A stretch of DNA of 64,000 nt from Massalongia carnosa. Lineage: Eukaryota. Positions 12,743 through 23,155 of this stretch are shown here, one piece after another. Under the pieces are notes generated by a model. That model did no database searches. It was given only the letters and a program-made list of their open reading frames with translations, and was not told the DNA's origin. The stretch is taken from contig OZ287068.1 of assembly GCA_965645245.1 (NCBI GenBank), forward strand, positions 2,108,001 through 2,172,000, given 5' to 3'. Numbering within the stretch: the stretch's first letter is position 1; the number at the start of each line of letters is the position of its first letter. The translations under genes and the position numbers were made by a program.

Positions 12743-12981
12743 GCATGTCGGTTTCATGGATCTGACTCTTTGGGATGGATGCGATCGCTTCCAGATTCCT
12801 TTTCTTCACATACGGGCGTTTTTTTAGAGAATGGAGCTACGGCATATTTGGCTGAGGTTGGTTCGAGCTCGCCGGTGGCGAGAAACTGCAGGAGAAATGA
12901 GATATACAGAAATACGTCTGATAGTTTCGTGGCATTTTCGTTATCTTTCTCGGGACATTTCTCTCATGAAAGGGTCTCACA

Positions 12982-13046
12982 GGCGGGGCTGGGCGGGGCT
13001 GGGCGGGGCTGGGCGGGGCGGGGCTGGGCGGGCTGGGGCCAAGGGC
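12982..13046 (+). repeat. (GGGCGGGGCT)n G-rich tandem repeat, potential G-quadruplex
   Basis: Many consecutive G3-G4 runs separated mostly by 1-2 nt, about 240 bp after the metR stop. Confidence 0.8.
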
Positions 13047-13382
13047 AGGCTGGAAATGTGCGTCCGCGTGATGGTCTAGGTATATCGGGCTCTTGTCAAA
13101 CCGTGATGCCAGGAAGTTTGGTCCTTAATATAGCGTAGATTATCTGCATAATTGCCATGAGTGATTTCCAAGCTTCTATTCCCAGGTTGCTACTTAATTC
13201 CGCGAGGATCCAAGTCAGGGATTTTGCTGCATCTTGCAGACGATCATCGCAATGACGCAATTGATTAAGGATAGATTTATTATTGTATATTTGCTGTTGC
13301 GGTTTAGTTATCAAATTATTTGAATAACCAATGACCACAAGAGACATTTGTCCAAAGCAACAGCTGGCTTTCCTCTTGCGTC

Positions 13383-14317
13383 ATGGTTAGTAGCTCCATC
13401 GAAGAACTATCCTCATCTGAACAAAATGGTGCAAAACCACGCAAGGGGAAATGGTTGCGGCGTCACCTCGAAGCAGAGATTAACACACTACATTCGGAGT
13501 GGCTGCTGATCCTCTGCTGTTTGATTTCGGGCTTGGTTGACAGCACAATCTACAATGGTAGGGATTTTGCGTCAGATGATATTCCACGGATGCGCTGACG
13601 CATGGATATCTTATCAGCTTACGGAACATTTGTGTCGATGCAAACTGGTAATGTCATTGGACTTGATTCAAAAGCTCTTTCGCGCGACAGCGTACTAAAT
13701 TATATCAAGGTAACACCATATTCGTCGGCCTGGGCAGCTCCATTAGTCACCATACTAACAAACCTTACGGATGGGCAAAATCCCTCACCTCCATCGGCTG
13801 CTTCATCCTTGGTGCTTTCTTCTTCTCTCGTTTCTGCCGCTATCTAGGCCCCCTCCGCCGTGGCACTCTTGCTGCGTCCTTTTTGCTCCAATCCACCTTC
13901 ATCATTGTTACGGCCACCATCATCCAAGCTGGCGTGCTCGATGGATCCTCTCCAAGGGCCTTGGGCGATATCGACTGGAAGGAGGAGATCCCAATCGCGC
14001 TGTTAAGCTTTCAATCTGCGGGACAGATGGTGGGGAGCAGAATACTGAACATAAGCGAAATCCCGACAGTGGTGGTGACCAGCGTCCTGTGCGACTTCGC
14101 TTCCGACCCAAACCTAACCGACCCGCTGCTGGCGAATGCCAGGAGGAACCGTAGGGCGCTTGCCTTTCTGGGGATTCTTGTCGGCGCGGTGGCAGGTGGT
14201 TGGATTTCCAAAGCAGCAGGCGAGATCCAAAGTGTCTTGTGGCTCGCTGGAGGGATGAAAATCCTCATAACGGGATTCTGGATGCTCTGGCCTCAAGAGT
14301 TGATTACTGTTGTTTGA
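13383..14317 (+). CDS. DUF1275 (YoaK-like) membrane protein
   Basis: Exons 13383-13557, 13618-13647, 13710-14317; spliced motif SGLVDS..YGTFVSMQTGNT, later LLSFQSAGQ and IPTVVVTS; several hydrophobic helices. Confidence 0.85.
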
Positions 14318-15966
14318 AGAAACGGTTGCTTACTGGAGGTTCAAGCACGCAATTGATAATCCTGCATTAAGAATCATATACAGACGGTTTAGCGAGAGCA
14401 CGCAATACCTTGCGGCATACAACTTTATTGATAGTGCTCTATACATGTTAACAATATCGATGGCAAGGAAATGGTTTAACTGGTTCGATGTATGCGTTCA
14501 TTTATTCCTATCGACCTGTGGACTCCGGTAGCTTTGAGGCGAGTATGAGGTCTGCCTGCGAGCGACAGCTTGCCGTCGAACAATCTACACAGGTGCCTAC
14601 CTTTGGTTTAGAGTACCTTGCGAACTCTTTCGATTACGAGATCTAACCAGCTAGCTCGCTAGAAAATCTAAGCATACGGCCGGAGCACCAACCTAAGTTT
14701 CTTCACCGGTTTGAGCTCAGTTCATCTATTGGACCAAGAAATGATTTCCACCGAAAAGTTCACAAACCCAGCCCTTAGAGGAAAATGGGAGAATCCTTAT
14801 ATCTGCTTGACTTATCTCCACGCACTGTGGACAGTCGGAGCCTTGCTATCACGATAGGCTCGGTTCTCATTTCTTTATTTCTTCCTTCAACTACAAAGCT
14901 ACACCATGATGATTCCCTCATCGGAAACGCTCAGCGTCAAATATGAAGCCCGAAAAATTCGTAAATCATACAATACTCGATAACTGAATGAATAAATGAA
15001 TAAAACACTTAAATATTCATTTCATCCAACCCATCAACCCACCAATCCCCCCCACCCTGCCAAACAAACTTGAAACGAAAATCACTCACCTACTCACAGA
15101 CCTATTCCCCATATCATATCAAAACTCCCCACCCAACCCCGAAACCATTTTTTTGATTTTTTGCGGCTTTTTGCGGCTTGTCGCGAGGAGGATCCACAGA
15201 AGAAGAGGGAAAGATGGAGATGTTATTACATAGATTCCTCAAGGAAAAAGAGAATGTCCATCGTTTGGAGGATTCTGAAGACTTTTGGTAAAGGGGGAGA
15301 GAAGGTAAAGGCGAAAAAAAAGGAGGGGGGGAAGGTGAAAGGAAAAGAGTGAGATGAAAAAGAAAGAGTCGAAAGGAGCGAAAAGGAGTGAATAGAAAAG
15401 AAAATTATAAAAAAAACAAAATGGCGCTTTCCTTTCTTCTTTTAAGGATTCGAGGCTTCGAGAAAGTAGAAGCAGGGGGGGAAGTGCAACGATACTCGAC
15501 CAATTAATCTACTAACCAATAAATTAACTAGTTAATTAACTGTATAATAGCTCCGAAAGACAAAGACAAAGAAAAAAAATGACGATTTAGCTAGCTAGCT
15601 GGCTGGCTGGCTGGCTGGATATATGTATATGTGTGTATATGTAAAATAGGTAGATATATCGAGAGATTTCGCATGAAAGAAGAAGAAAAAAAAGAAAAAA
15701 AAACTTCGTTTTCATTTCTTTCCGCGCGAAACAGGAGTTAGGTAGAAAAGCGGAAAGAAAGCGGGAATACATAGGTATCTATCTATCTGATTGCGTTCGG
15801 AGTCTTGTCTGCATCGGTTTGGCTGAGTGACACACGAAATAAGAAAATTGAAATAATCGATCAAGTAGGTCAGTTACGAGTTTGACATATCTACCCATTC
15901 CATATCCAACCCCCCTTTCCCAAAAACCCCAAGCCCATTTACCATATCTATCCACCCTATAAGACG

Positions 15967-18900
15967 TCATCGCAAGAGGAATCCCCCGAAAAGGGAGGAT
16001 GATTCCGGAAGCTCCACCGCGAACACCGCAGGGGAAATCCGAGTGTCGGTCATGGGTGGTGGCATTGCCATGTTAGTCGTCGTGGTTCCGCAAGCTGTGC
16101 GAGGGGGAGTAACAATCAACACCCTCATCTTTTGCACAGCGCCGGTTCTATCCACAGCGACGACGGTGAATCCATCCGAATCCTCACAGACCGTGATACT
16201 GCCGGCGTTGTTGGCCAATACCCCTTTCTTGGCCGGCAGCTTTCCGGTGGAAATATCTTTGAGCCTTAGCGTCGAGTCCTTGTCGCTCGGGACTAACCGC
16301 GCCAGTTTGATGCGGCCCGAGTCTGTCAGGAAAGCTGCCAGCCGACCGGTGGGGGAAACGGCGGAGCGGAGTAGATGCTCGCACCAGGGAGATGCAGATC
16401 GTGGTGCGGGGCGGGAGCTTTGAGAGAGAGGAGTTGTGTAGGATGATGTGCTATCTGCCATATTGGACAGAACAGACGTCACTAGATAGTGTTTCCAAGC
16501 CTGAGGAATGATGTGGGAAATAGGATCATGCGGCTCTTGTACACTGAGGTCCTGCGATATAAGAGATATCGGCGTAATTGAGGTTACACCTTTGGCACCA
16601 GGGCCCTGGACTATTGATTAGCAACAAAATCCAATTCCTCAACTGGTCGACGTACCTTTGCGTCCAGTGTGCCTAACGCGGTTTCCTCCCAACCATTGAT
16701 GCCATGAGCCCATTCACCAAATGTTCGATTGTTGCTATAGAGCATGGTTTGCCCGTCCGCAAAGAAGGAGACATTTCGAGGAAACTCGCCATCGGATGCC
16801 GCTCGACACCTGAGACTGGCCTCGAGAATCAGTGTTGTGGAATAGAGTTGAATGACCGCATAATTTTCTACTGAAGCCTTGTTCGAAGCCCTGGATTCGA
16901 CGCGTTGCCCGACAGCAATGGTATCCGAGTTTGGCGAAATTTTAATGCAATAGGGATATATTCCTTGATCAATGCTACAGCAGATTACCGATGCTGGCGC
17001 GGCCTTGAATGGTCTATATTTGCATATTTGAATCTGTATGAGGGAAAATTCGTCAGAAGGTAGCCCTCTAGTTAACATCAAATGTTCATTGGCATACCTC
17101 TTTACTTGATATGGCGACGAGGTGTTGATTCGATATATCAGCGGCAACGTACTGCCCGCCTTTTTTCTCCAGGGTAAGCATTAATTTTGTTTCGGGAGGA
17201 CTGGGGGCTCCACAATCTGGCGATATCCGGCAGACTTGAAGCTGGTTGCTAACCGCAAACGCTGCGTATTCGCCGTCTGGAGACAAGACGGCTAAATTTC
17301 CTCGCTTGGCATTTTGAAGAAATTTTACCTTCTGGGTCGGGCTGACTTCAATGTCACGTACCTGGAAGTCTAAGAAAACCTCTTTAGACTTCTCCACCGA
17401 AGAGCTGGATGAAACCGCGGTTACTTCGGAAGGTCTCCTGAACTGTGAAGCTGGGGAAATTTGAGGAGACAATGGCGAGGCAGGATCGTCTGTTCTGGGC
17501 CGGTTTAGCTGAGGAGACGTGATTATGCTTCCTATACTTCCGTGCATAGCATGATGCTTTGGTGGTGTTGGGAATTTGACATGCGGTACCTCGGCGGGCA
17601 ACTCATGAATGTCATCACGGCCAGGGTATTGGGGAAGAGATGTGTGCTGTGAGTATGCCTGGCCGCTGCGCGTCTCAAACTGATCAGTCGGTGGTTGGTG
17701 GTGAGAGTGGCTGTCGTTTGGCCCAGACTCATGCGAGCCGTTGGGTAAGAGTAAATTGTCTGACGACAGGATCTTTGACGCTCTAGCAGCGGAGACTGCT
17801 TTGGATATTTGGTTTGCAATTGAAGATTCTGTGCGGCGATCTCCCTTTCCGACCGTGTCCTCAAGATTAAGAAAAGTCCCCTGTGAGGACAATGGTTTTT
17901 TTTTCTGTTGCGCAGTACCTTGAGCTATGGACTCGATGTTAGATTAACGGATCGGTTGAGCCTCCAGAGCGATGATAGCGAACGACTTACTTTGCATGTT
18001 AATCTCAATGTCCGGTGACCCTGTCGATGAGGGAGATTGTAATTGACGCGGATCAAAATAGATCGGGCTTGGGCTTTGTGCTGGTGAAAGTTTGCGTCGC
18101 TGGCTCTCCATCTCCTTTACTGCAAGCCTCAAACCCCTTGCTTTTGATCCTTTCCTGGCTATAAACATCGCTTTGGTTACGTCAAGCTCCCTTCGAATTC
18201 TCGTCGAGGGAGATTGCTCCTTGAGGCCATGGAAGGTACGCTATGAAGACAAGAGTTAATGGATGGCTTTAAAGCGACCAAAGAGCTTGGGGTCGAAAAT
18301 TAAGACCATGCCTCGTTTAAAAAAGACATCAAAGTATCTGGTTTCGGGTCCAGGTTCTCGGACGAAATCCGGAAAATCCGAAAGGCGTAGGGGGCGTTAC
18401 ACGGAAAAAACTCACCAGAGACGAGCTTCCATCGCTGGCGAGCAACTCCGTAATCTCTAGCCTTGCATCCTTGATCGAAATTAACGTTTCCATCTGCCAC
18501 AGGGAATGAATTAGCTGGGTCTATCACAAAGCGTAGTAGATAATCCGCTCGCGGTTCATACCGCTTTCAATCGTAAAGGCTGAAAATCTTCAATTGGAGC
18601 TGATTGCTCGATAAGATCTCTACACAGATTTTTGATGCTGTTGAAGCATGGCATGCTGCCAAAATCTGTAGCTAGGCACTTGACAGCGTGAAGAAGGCCA
18701 AATGCTCCATGAAGTTCGTCGGCTGGCGGCTCCGAGTGTCTCGTCCCTTTGGCGATGCGAAACGTGCTGGCTGTGATCTGAGACCTCCTTAGACGTTGCA
18801 ATCTGGAAAACAAGTTTCGAAACAGCGATTCAATCTTAATTACTAACCACTCAACGATTTGCTTTGATTTGGCGGTGACGTTTTTCCAAGTATCTAGCGT

Positions 18901-19920
18901 ACCGACCGTTGAGGTATAGTGCGCCAGAGATGCTAGCCCTAGGGTAAGACGATATAGCTCATGCAAATGTTGGTCCCATTTTTTCAGCTTATCCGGCGAT
19001 TCTTTGAATATCTGGAATTCCGCAAGGGCCCTGGCAAGTTCCGATTCCGACTGTGGAGGAGCAAGGTTGTCAGGCTCGGATCAGTTATCAGGGTAGCAGA
19101 GAACGTCACAATCCGTGATAGGTGGAGTGAATGGCAACCTACCGCGAAGCCGGCAGCAAAGAACGTATTCGCTATCCATCGAAAAATTACTACGCCCGCG
19201 CCAGGCTCGCCGGGGGTTTCTGACAAAGGTTCCAGCGCGTAGCGAATAAGTAGATCGTCGTCTCCAAGATTATGGATGGTGTCTCCATTCTTTTTCGCCG
19301 CTGCACGAATCTTGAAGCTTTTCTCTAGTTGTTCCAGTAGCTCGTTTTTGATCGGTCGGTGTTCGTTTTGGGTGGGCGATAGCAGACCCAGCAGACGTGC
19401 GAGCAAAATCGATGAGCCTAACACCTAGATACCACGAAAAACCGTGCACGTTAGCTCTATGCTCCAGTAGCCATTGATGCTGCGATACTCGGCGAAGATA
19501 TCCGTTGGGACTGAATACCTTCATCTGCAGCTCACGCCCCACTAGCTGGTAGATGTCGTTGATTTGATACTTGATCAGATTCGTCGACACCGTGCGGGCG
19601 ATTCCCATGACATCGGCTGATGTCAACAATGCGCCATCACCCAGGAAAAAGGCGACGGGCCCAACGTTCGCTTCCTGGTACTCCTTATAGATGATCTGAA
19701 ACTCCAAGATCTCTTCCAGCAAGAAGGCCGAATCGTAATCCCACGCGTCTTTCAATTTCCCGACCAGCGATCTTGTTAAGGAGGATATCTCGGGATACAG
19801 CCAGAGTGCCGCCCACAGGCGTTGTTCCGATGCCGTCTCCTCCATAGGATTCGGCATATCCGTAGGGGGGCGGGGGCCGAAGCCCATCGAGGCTTCATGG
19901 TCAATGGGGAACGTTGCCAT
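15967..19920 (-). CDS. Uncharacterised large multi-exon protein (helical N-terminus, S/P-rich linker, WD40-like C-terminus)
   Basis: Chain of minus-strand ORFs; the first junctions splice in frame (..YLRR/VLGSSILL.., ..FA/SESELARALAEF..); C-terminal blade-like motifs AVLSPDGEYAAF, IKISPNSDTIAVG, VSFFADGQ, AVSPTGRLAAFLTDSGRIKL. Start codon and several junctions uncertain. Confidence 0.65.
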
Positions 19921-20383
19921 GTACCGGTCTGAAGCGTTGCCATATATCGTGTTTTGGTTTGCCTTCGCTGTTGTCCCGAATCGGTGGTACTTGATGGTAA
20001 GTCAAGCTACGACGTTCTGGTTTAGCGGGGGGGAGGGAGGGCCAGGACCTGATCCCCACGGACCGTTCCCTGTTACCCAGGTCGGTTCAAGGTTGATAAG
20101 GCTACCGTAAGTTAGGGTTAGTATGATGATGAATGCTGGCAGGGTTTGCTGCAGAATACCTACAAATAGAGGTACTGTACAGGGTATAGAGTGCAGGATT
20201 GAGTGGGAAAAGGAATCGAAGTGTGTGTATGGGGTGGGGTGGGGGGACAGGGGGAGGGCACGGGAGTGTGTGATACGCGGACACTGCCTTTGGCAACGTG
20301 AACTGTAGCCTTAGATTTGTAAGTGTAGGTACAGTAGTATGTACTCTGTACGAGTACCAACCTACATACATAGGTGCCTTGCA

Positions 20384-21727
20384 CACGCGGGTGAAAAAAA
20401 AAGGGCAAGGTGAGCCGAAACTCCCCACCAAAACTTACCCCTTTTCTTCCCCTTTTTCTTCCCCATCTTCTTCCTCATTCAACATTTCAAATGCCATCCC
20501 ACTACGACACACCTCAAAAGGCCAAGGTGCAGGGAGCTTATAAATTTCTTTTTGCAAAAGGCATTTCCATCGATCCTCGAGAGATTTTTCAGCATTTTGG
20601 CATTCGAAGCGAGAGACAGGGCTATAAGATCATTCGAAACGGAGCATCTTCTATAAGAAGACATCATTCAACCCTCGTTGAGACACACGGTCGCAAATCA
20701 AAAGTCACGGAAGCACAAATACAGGAGGCAGATCACATTCTACAAGATGAGGAGCTACAGTTGGAAGGAAAACGATACACATGGGAACAATTGGCTATGG
20801 AGATTGGGGCCGACGTTGTCGGTCGTACGATGCACAATGTTATGTCGGCTGCTCTAAACTATGAGAAATGTCTGGCCTGCGTCAAGGGATGGCTGGCCGA
20901 CCCACCTATGGAAAGACGGGTCGAATTTGCTCACATGATGCTGACCAGATATCCCAAACCGGAGCAATGGGATCGCGTACGATTTAGTGATGAGATTCAT
21001 TTTGGATATGAGCCGGAAGGACAGTTACGAATCATTCGTCAGCCCGGAACACGATATCGTTGGGATTGCATACAGCATCGTGACCCGCCTCCTGAGAAAG
21101 ATCGAAAACGAAAACATTGCTGGGCTGCAATTGGCTACAATTTCAAGTCGGATATTATCTTTTATGATGTGCCGGGCAATAGCAATGGTAAAATGACTCA
21201 TCAGGTGTATATTGAATCCGTTCTTGATCTCGTCGTTAAGCCCTGGCTGGAGCGTGGGGATGACTTCGTACTTGAAGAAGATGGAGACTCTGGTCATGGC
21301 ACGGGCAAGACAAGAAATGCCGTCAAGAAATGGAAGGAAGATCATCATTTAGAGCATTATTTCAATTGTGCCTCATCACCTGATTTGTCCCCTATAGAAA
21401 ATTGCTGGCAGCCAGCGAAGCAGCATGTTCGAAAGTATCCCCATTGGGACGATGTCAGCTTGAAGCAGCTGATTAGGGATGGATGGGAACGGGTGACGCA
21501 GGAATTCATCAATGAAAGAGTTCTATCAATGCCCAAACGATTGGAAGAGGTAATTAGGGCTGAGGGGGCGATGACTGGCTATTGAATAGAATGTATGTAG
21601 AATTTCAATGGTCATACGAATTGAAATGTTGAATGGGGAAGAAGATGGGGAAGAAAAAAGGGAAGAAAAGGGTAAGTTTTGGTGGGGGAATTTGGGCTCA
21701 CCTTGCCCTTTTTTTTTCACCCGCGTG
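20384..21727 (+). mobile_element. Tc1/mariner-superfamily DNA transposon with ~107-bp TIRs
   Basis: Left TIR 20384-20490 (CACGCGGGTGAAAAAAAAAGGGCAAGGTGAGCC...CATTTCAA) matches the reverse complement of 21621-21727 with a few mismatches/indels; encloses a transposase ORF. Confidence 0.95.
20491..21585 (+). CDS. Tc1-like DDE transposase, intact, 364 aa
   Basis: ATG 20491; W..VRFSDE, LEEDGDSGH, SPDLSPIENCW, C-terminal SMPKRL..VI..EG.MTGY; no stops or frameshifts. Confidence 0.93.
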   Translation: MPSHYDTPQKAKVQGAYKFLFAKGISIDPREIFQHFGIRSERQGYKIIRNGASSIRRHHSTLVETHGRKSKVTEAQIQEADHILQDEELQLEGKRYTWEQLAMEIGADVVGRTMHNVMSAALNYEKCLACVKGWLADPPMERRVEFAHMMLTRYPKPEQWDRVRFSDEIHFGYEPEGQLRIIRQPGTRYRWDCIQHRDPPPEKDRKRKHCWAAIGYNFKSDIIFYDVPGNSNGKMTHQVYIESVLDLVVKPWLERGDDFVLEEDGDSGHGTGKTRNAVKKWKEDHHLEHYFNCASSPDLSPIENCWQPAKQHVRKYPHWDDVSLKQLIRDGWERVTQEFINERVLSMPKRLEEVIRAEGAMTGY

Positions 21728-23155
21728 CCTTGGTAGTAGTTACGGTGTCGAGATACGTATGTATTAATAGGGTACAGCAATTGCGCAGCCCTAAGTGCAA
21801 TCTTAACCCTAAGCCAGACCCTCGGTATCTGTTTTCGAGGGTCATCTGTGATAGGTGGGTCCCATAGCACCATAGCCCTAACCTACTTCCAGGTAGTCTG
21901 ACTTCCATTCCCATCAAACCCCCACTTTGTCGGAGAAGGGAAATGAAGGTATTGGAACATCACGTGATTTGTCTTTCAACACGCTTCCTCTCCTTCCTCT
22001 CCTTCCTTCTCTTCATTGTTCAAATGCTTTTGGAAAAGATTTTTCTCAGGAAGAATACTTAACTAGTCACATATGTTACCTTCTCTTGCTTTTCTTGCTC
22101 CCATTCAAAATCCTTACAAACGGTACTCTGTTCAGAGTATTTAGAGCATGATTGGTACTGCAAGGCTAGCGTGTGCTTTTCGTTCAACCTTGCTGTCTGT
22201 GCTCCGTTCCCCACGCTAACTGATTTCGGAAAACCGGGTTTTCTTGGATGGTTGTCGGGAGATTGAATAAGAAGGGAATTAATTCTAACTTAACTAACTA
22301 GCTTCGACGTAACTTACTCTATCCGCGTTTCTTTTGTGGAAAATCATCCTCGAAATTGATAGAGCGATCGGCCGCAAGTGCCGTCTTCCTCATGTCGAAT
22401 GGCGTCCTGAATGTCATTTCCTCAACAACTGGTGCGTAGAACACGTCTTCATTCTTGGAGCGAGGCGTCGCTGAGATATTCGTTTGCGTATGCACGGAGC
22501 CTGCGGGTGTCCGAGTCTATCACACAGAGAGATGCGGCCCATCGCGACAAGAGAAGGAGGTAGTAGGAGCGCCGCACTATCGGAAAGGATTTCACAACGA
22601 TTGAGGGAGGTGACTATGGGTGCCCTTCCTCCCCCACACGACAACCAGCTGAAAATCGGACGGCTTGGCGGTACTGCATTTGCTGCAGCCATGCAGCCAT
22701 GCAGTCATGAAGCCATGCAATCATGGCAGTCATGCTACTCATGCAGTCGGGCAGTATCTAACGCCCTTAGCCCCGCACCATTTGGTTCTCTTGTTCTATG
22801 GTCAGGGTCTTCCTGGTCGTGAGCCTTGCGATGTTCCCTGCATGGTCGGAGGACCTATGATCGATCCCGCAACTGAACAGTTGATATTTGGCCCCCAGCT
22901 ATCTTTTCTTCTTCTGCCGTCCCGTCGAAATATGACGGCACGGTGCCATTGCATAATTTGATTATTACTCGCATTCTGCAATTTGCTTCCGATGGTGGGG
23001 AAAGCTCGCCCAGGGTCCAGGGCGTGGGACGGACCAAGGACCGCCCCATCATATGACTTTGTTTTTTTGCCTTGCAGGTCGGCTGGTTTGGTTTTTCTTC
23101 TCCTCGTTCTGCCTTCAGATCGATGACGTTCCATACTGTGAATGCATGAAACACA

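Noticed and set aside
20112..21883. Telomere-like TTAGGG (left) and CCCTAA (right) motifs around the Tc1 element
   Set aside because: At most about 1.5 units each, with no convincing extended inverted repeat; compatible with chance.
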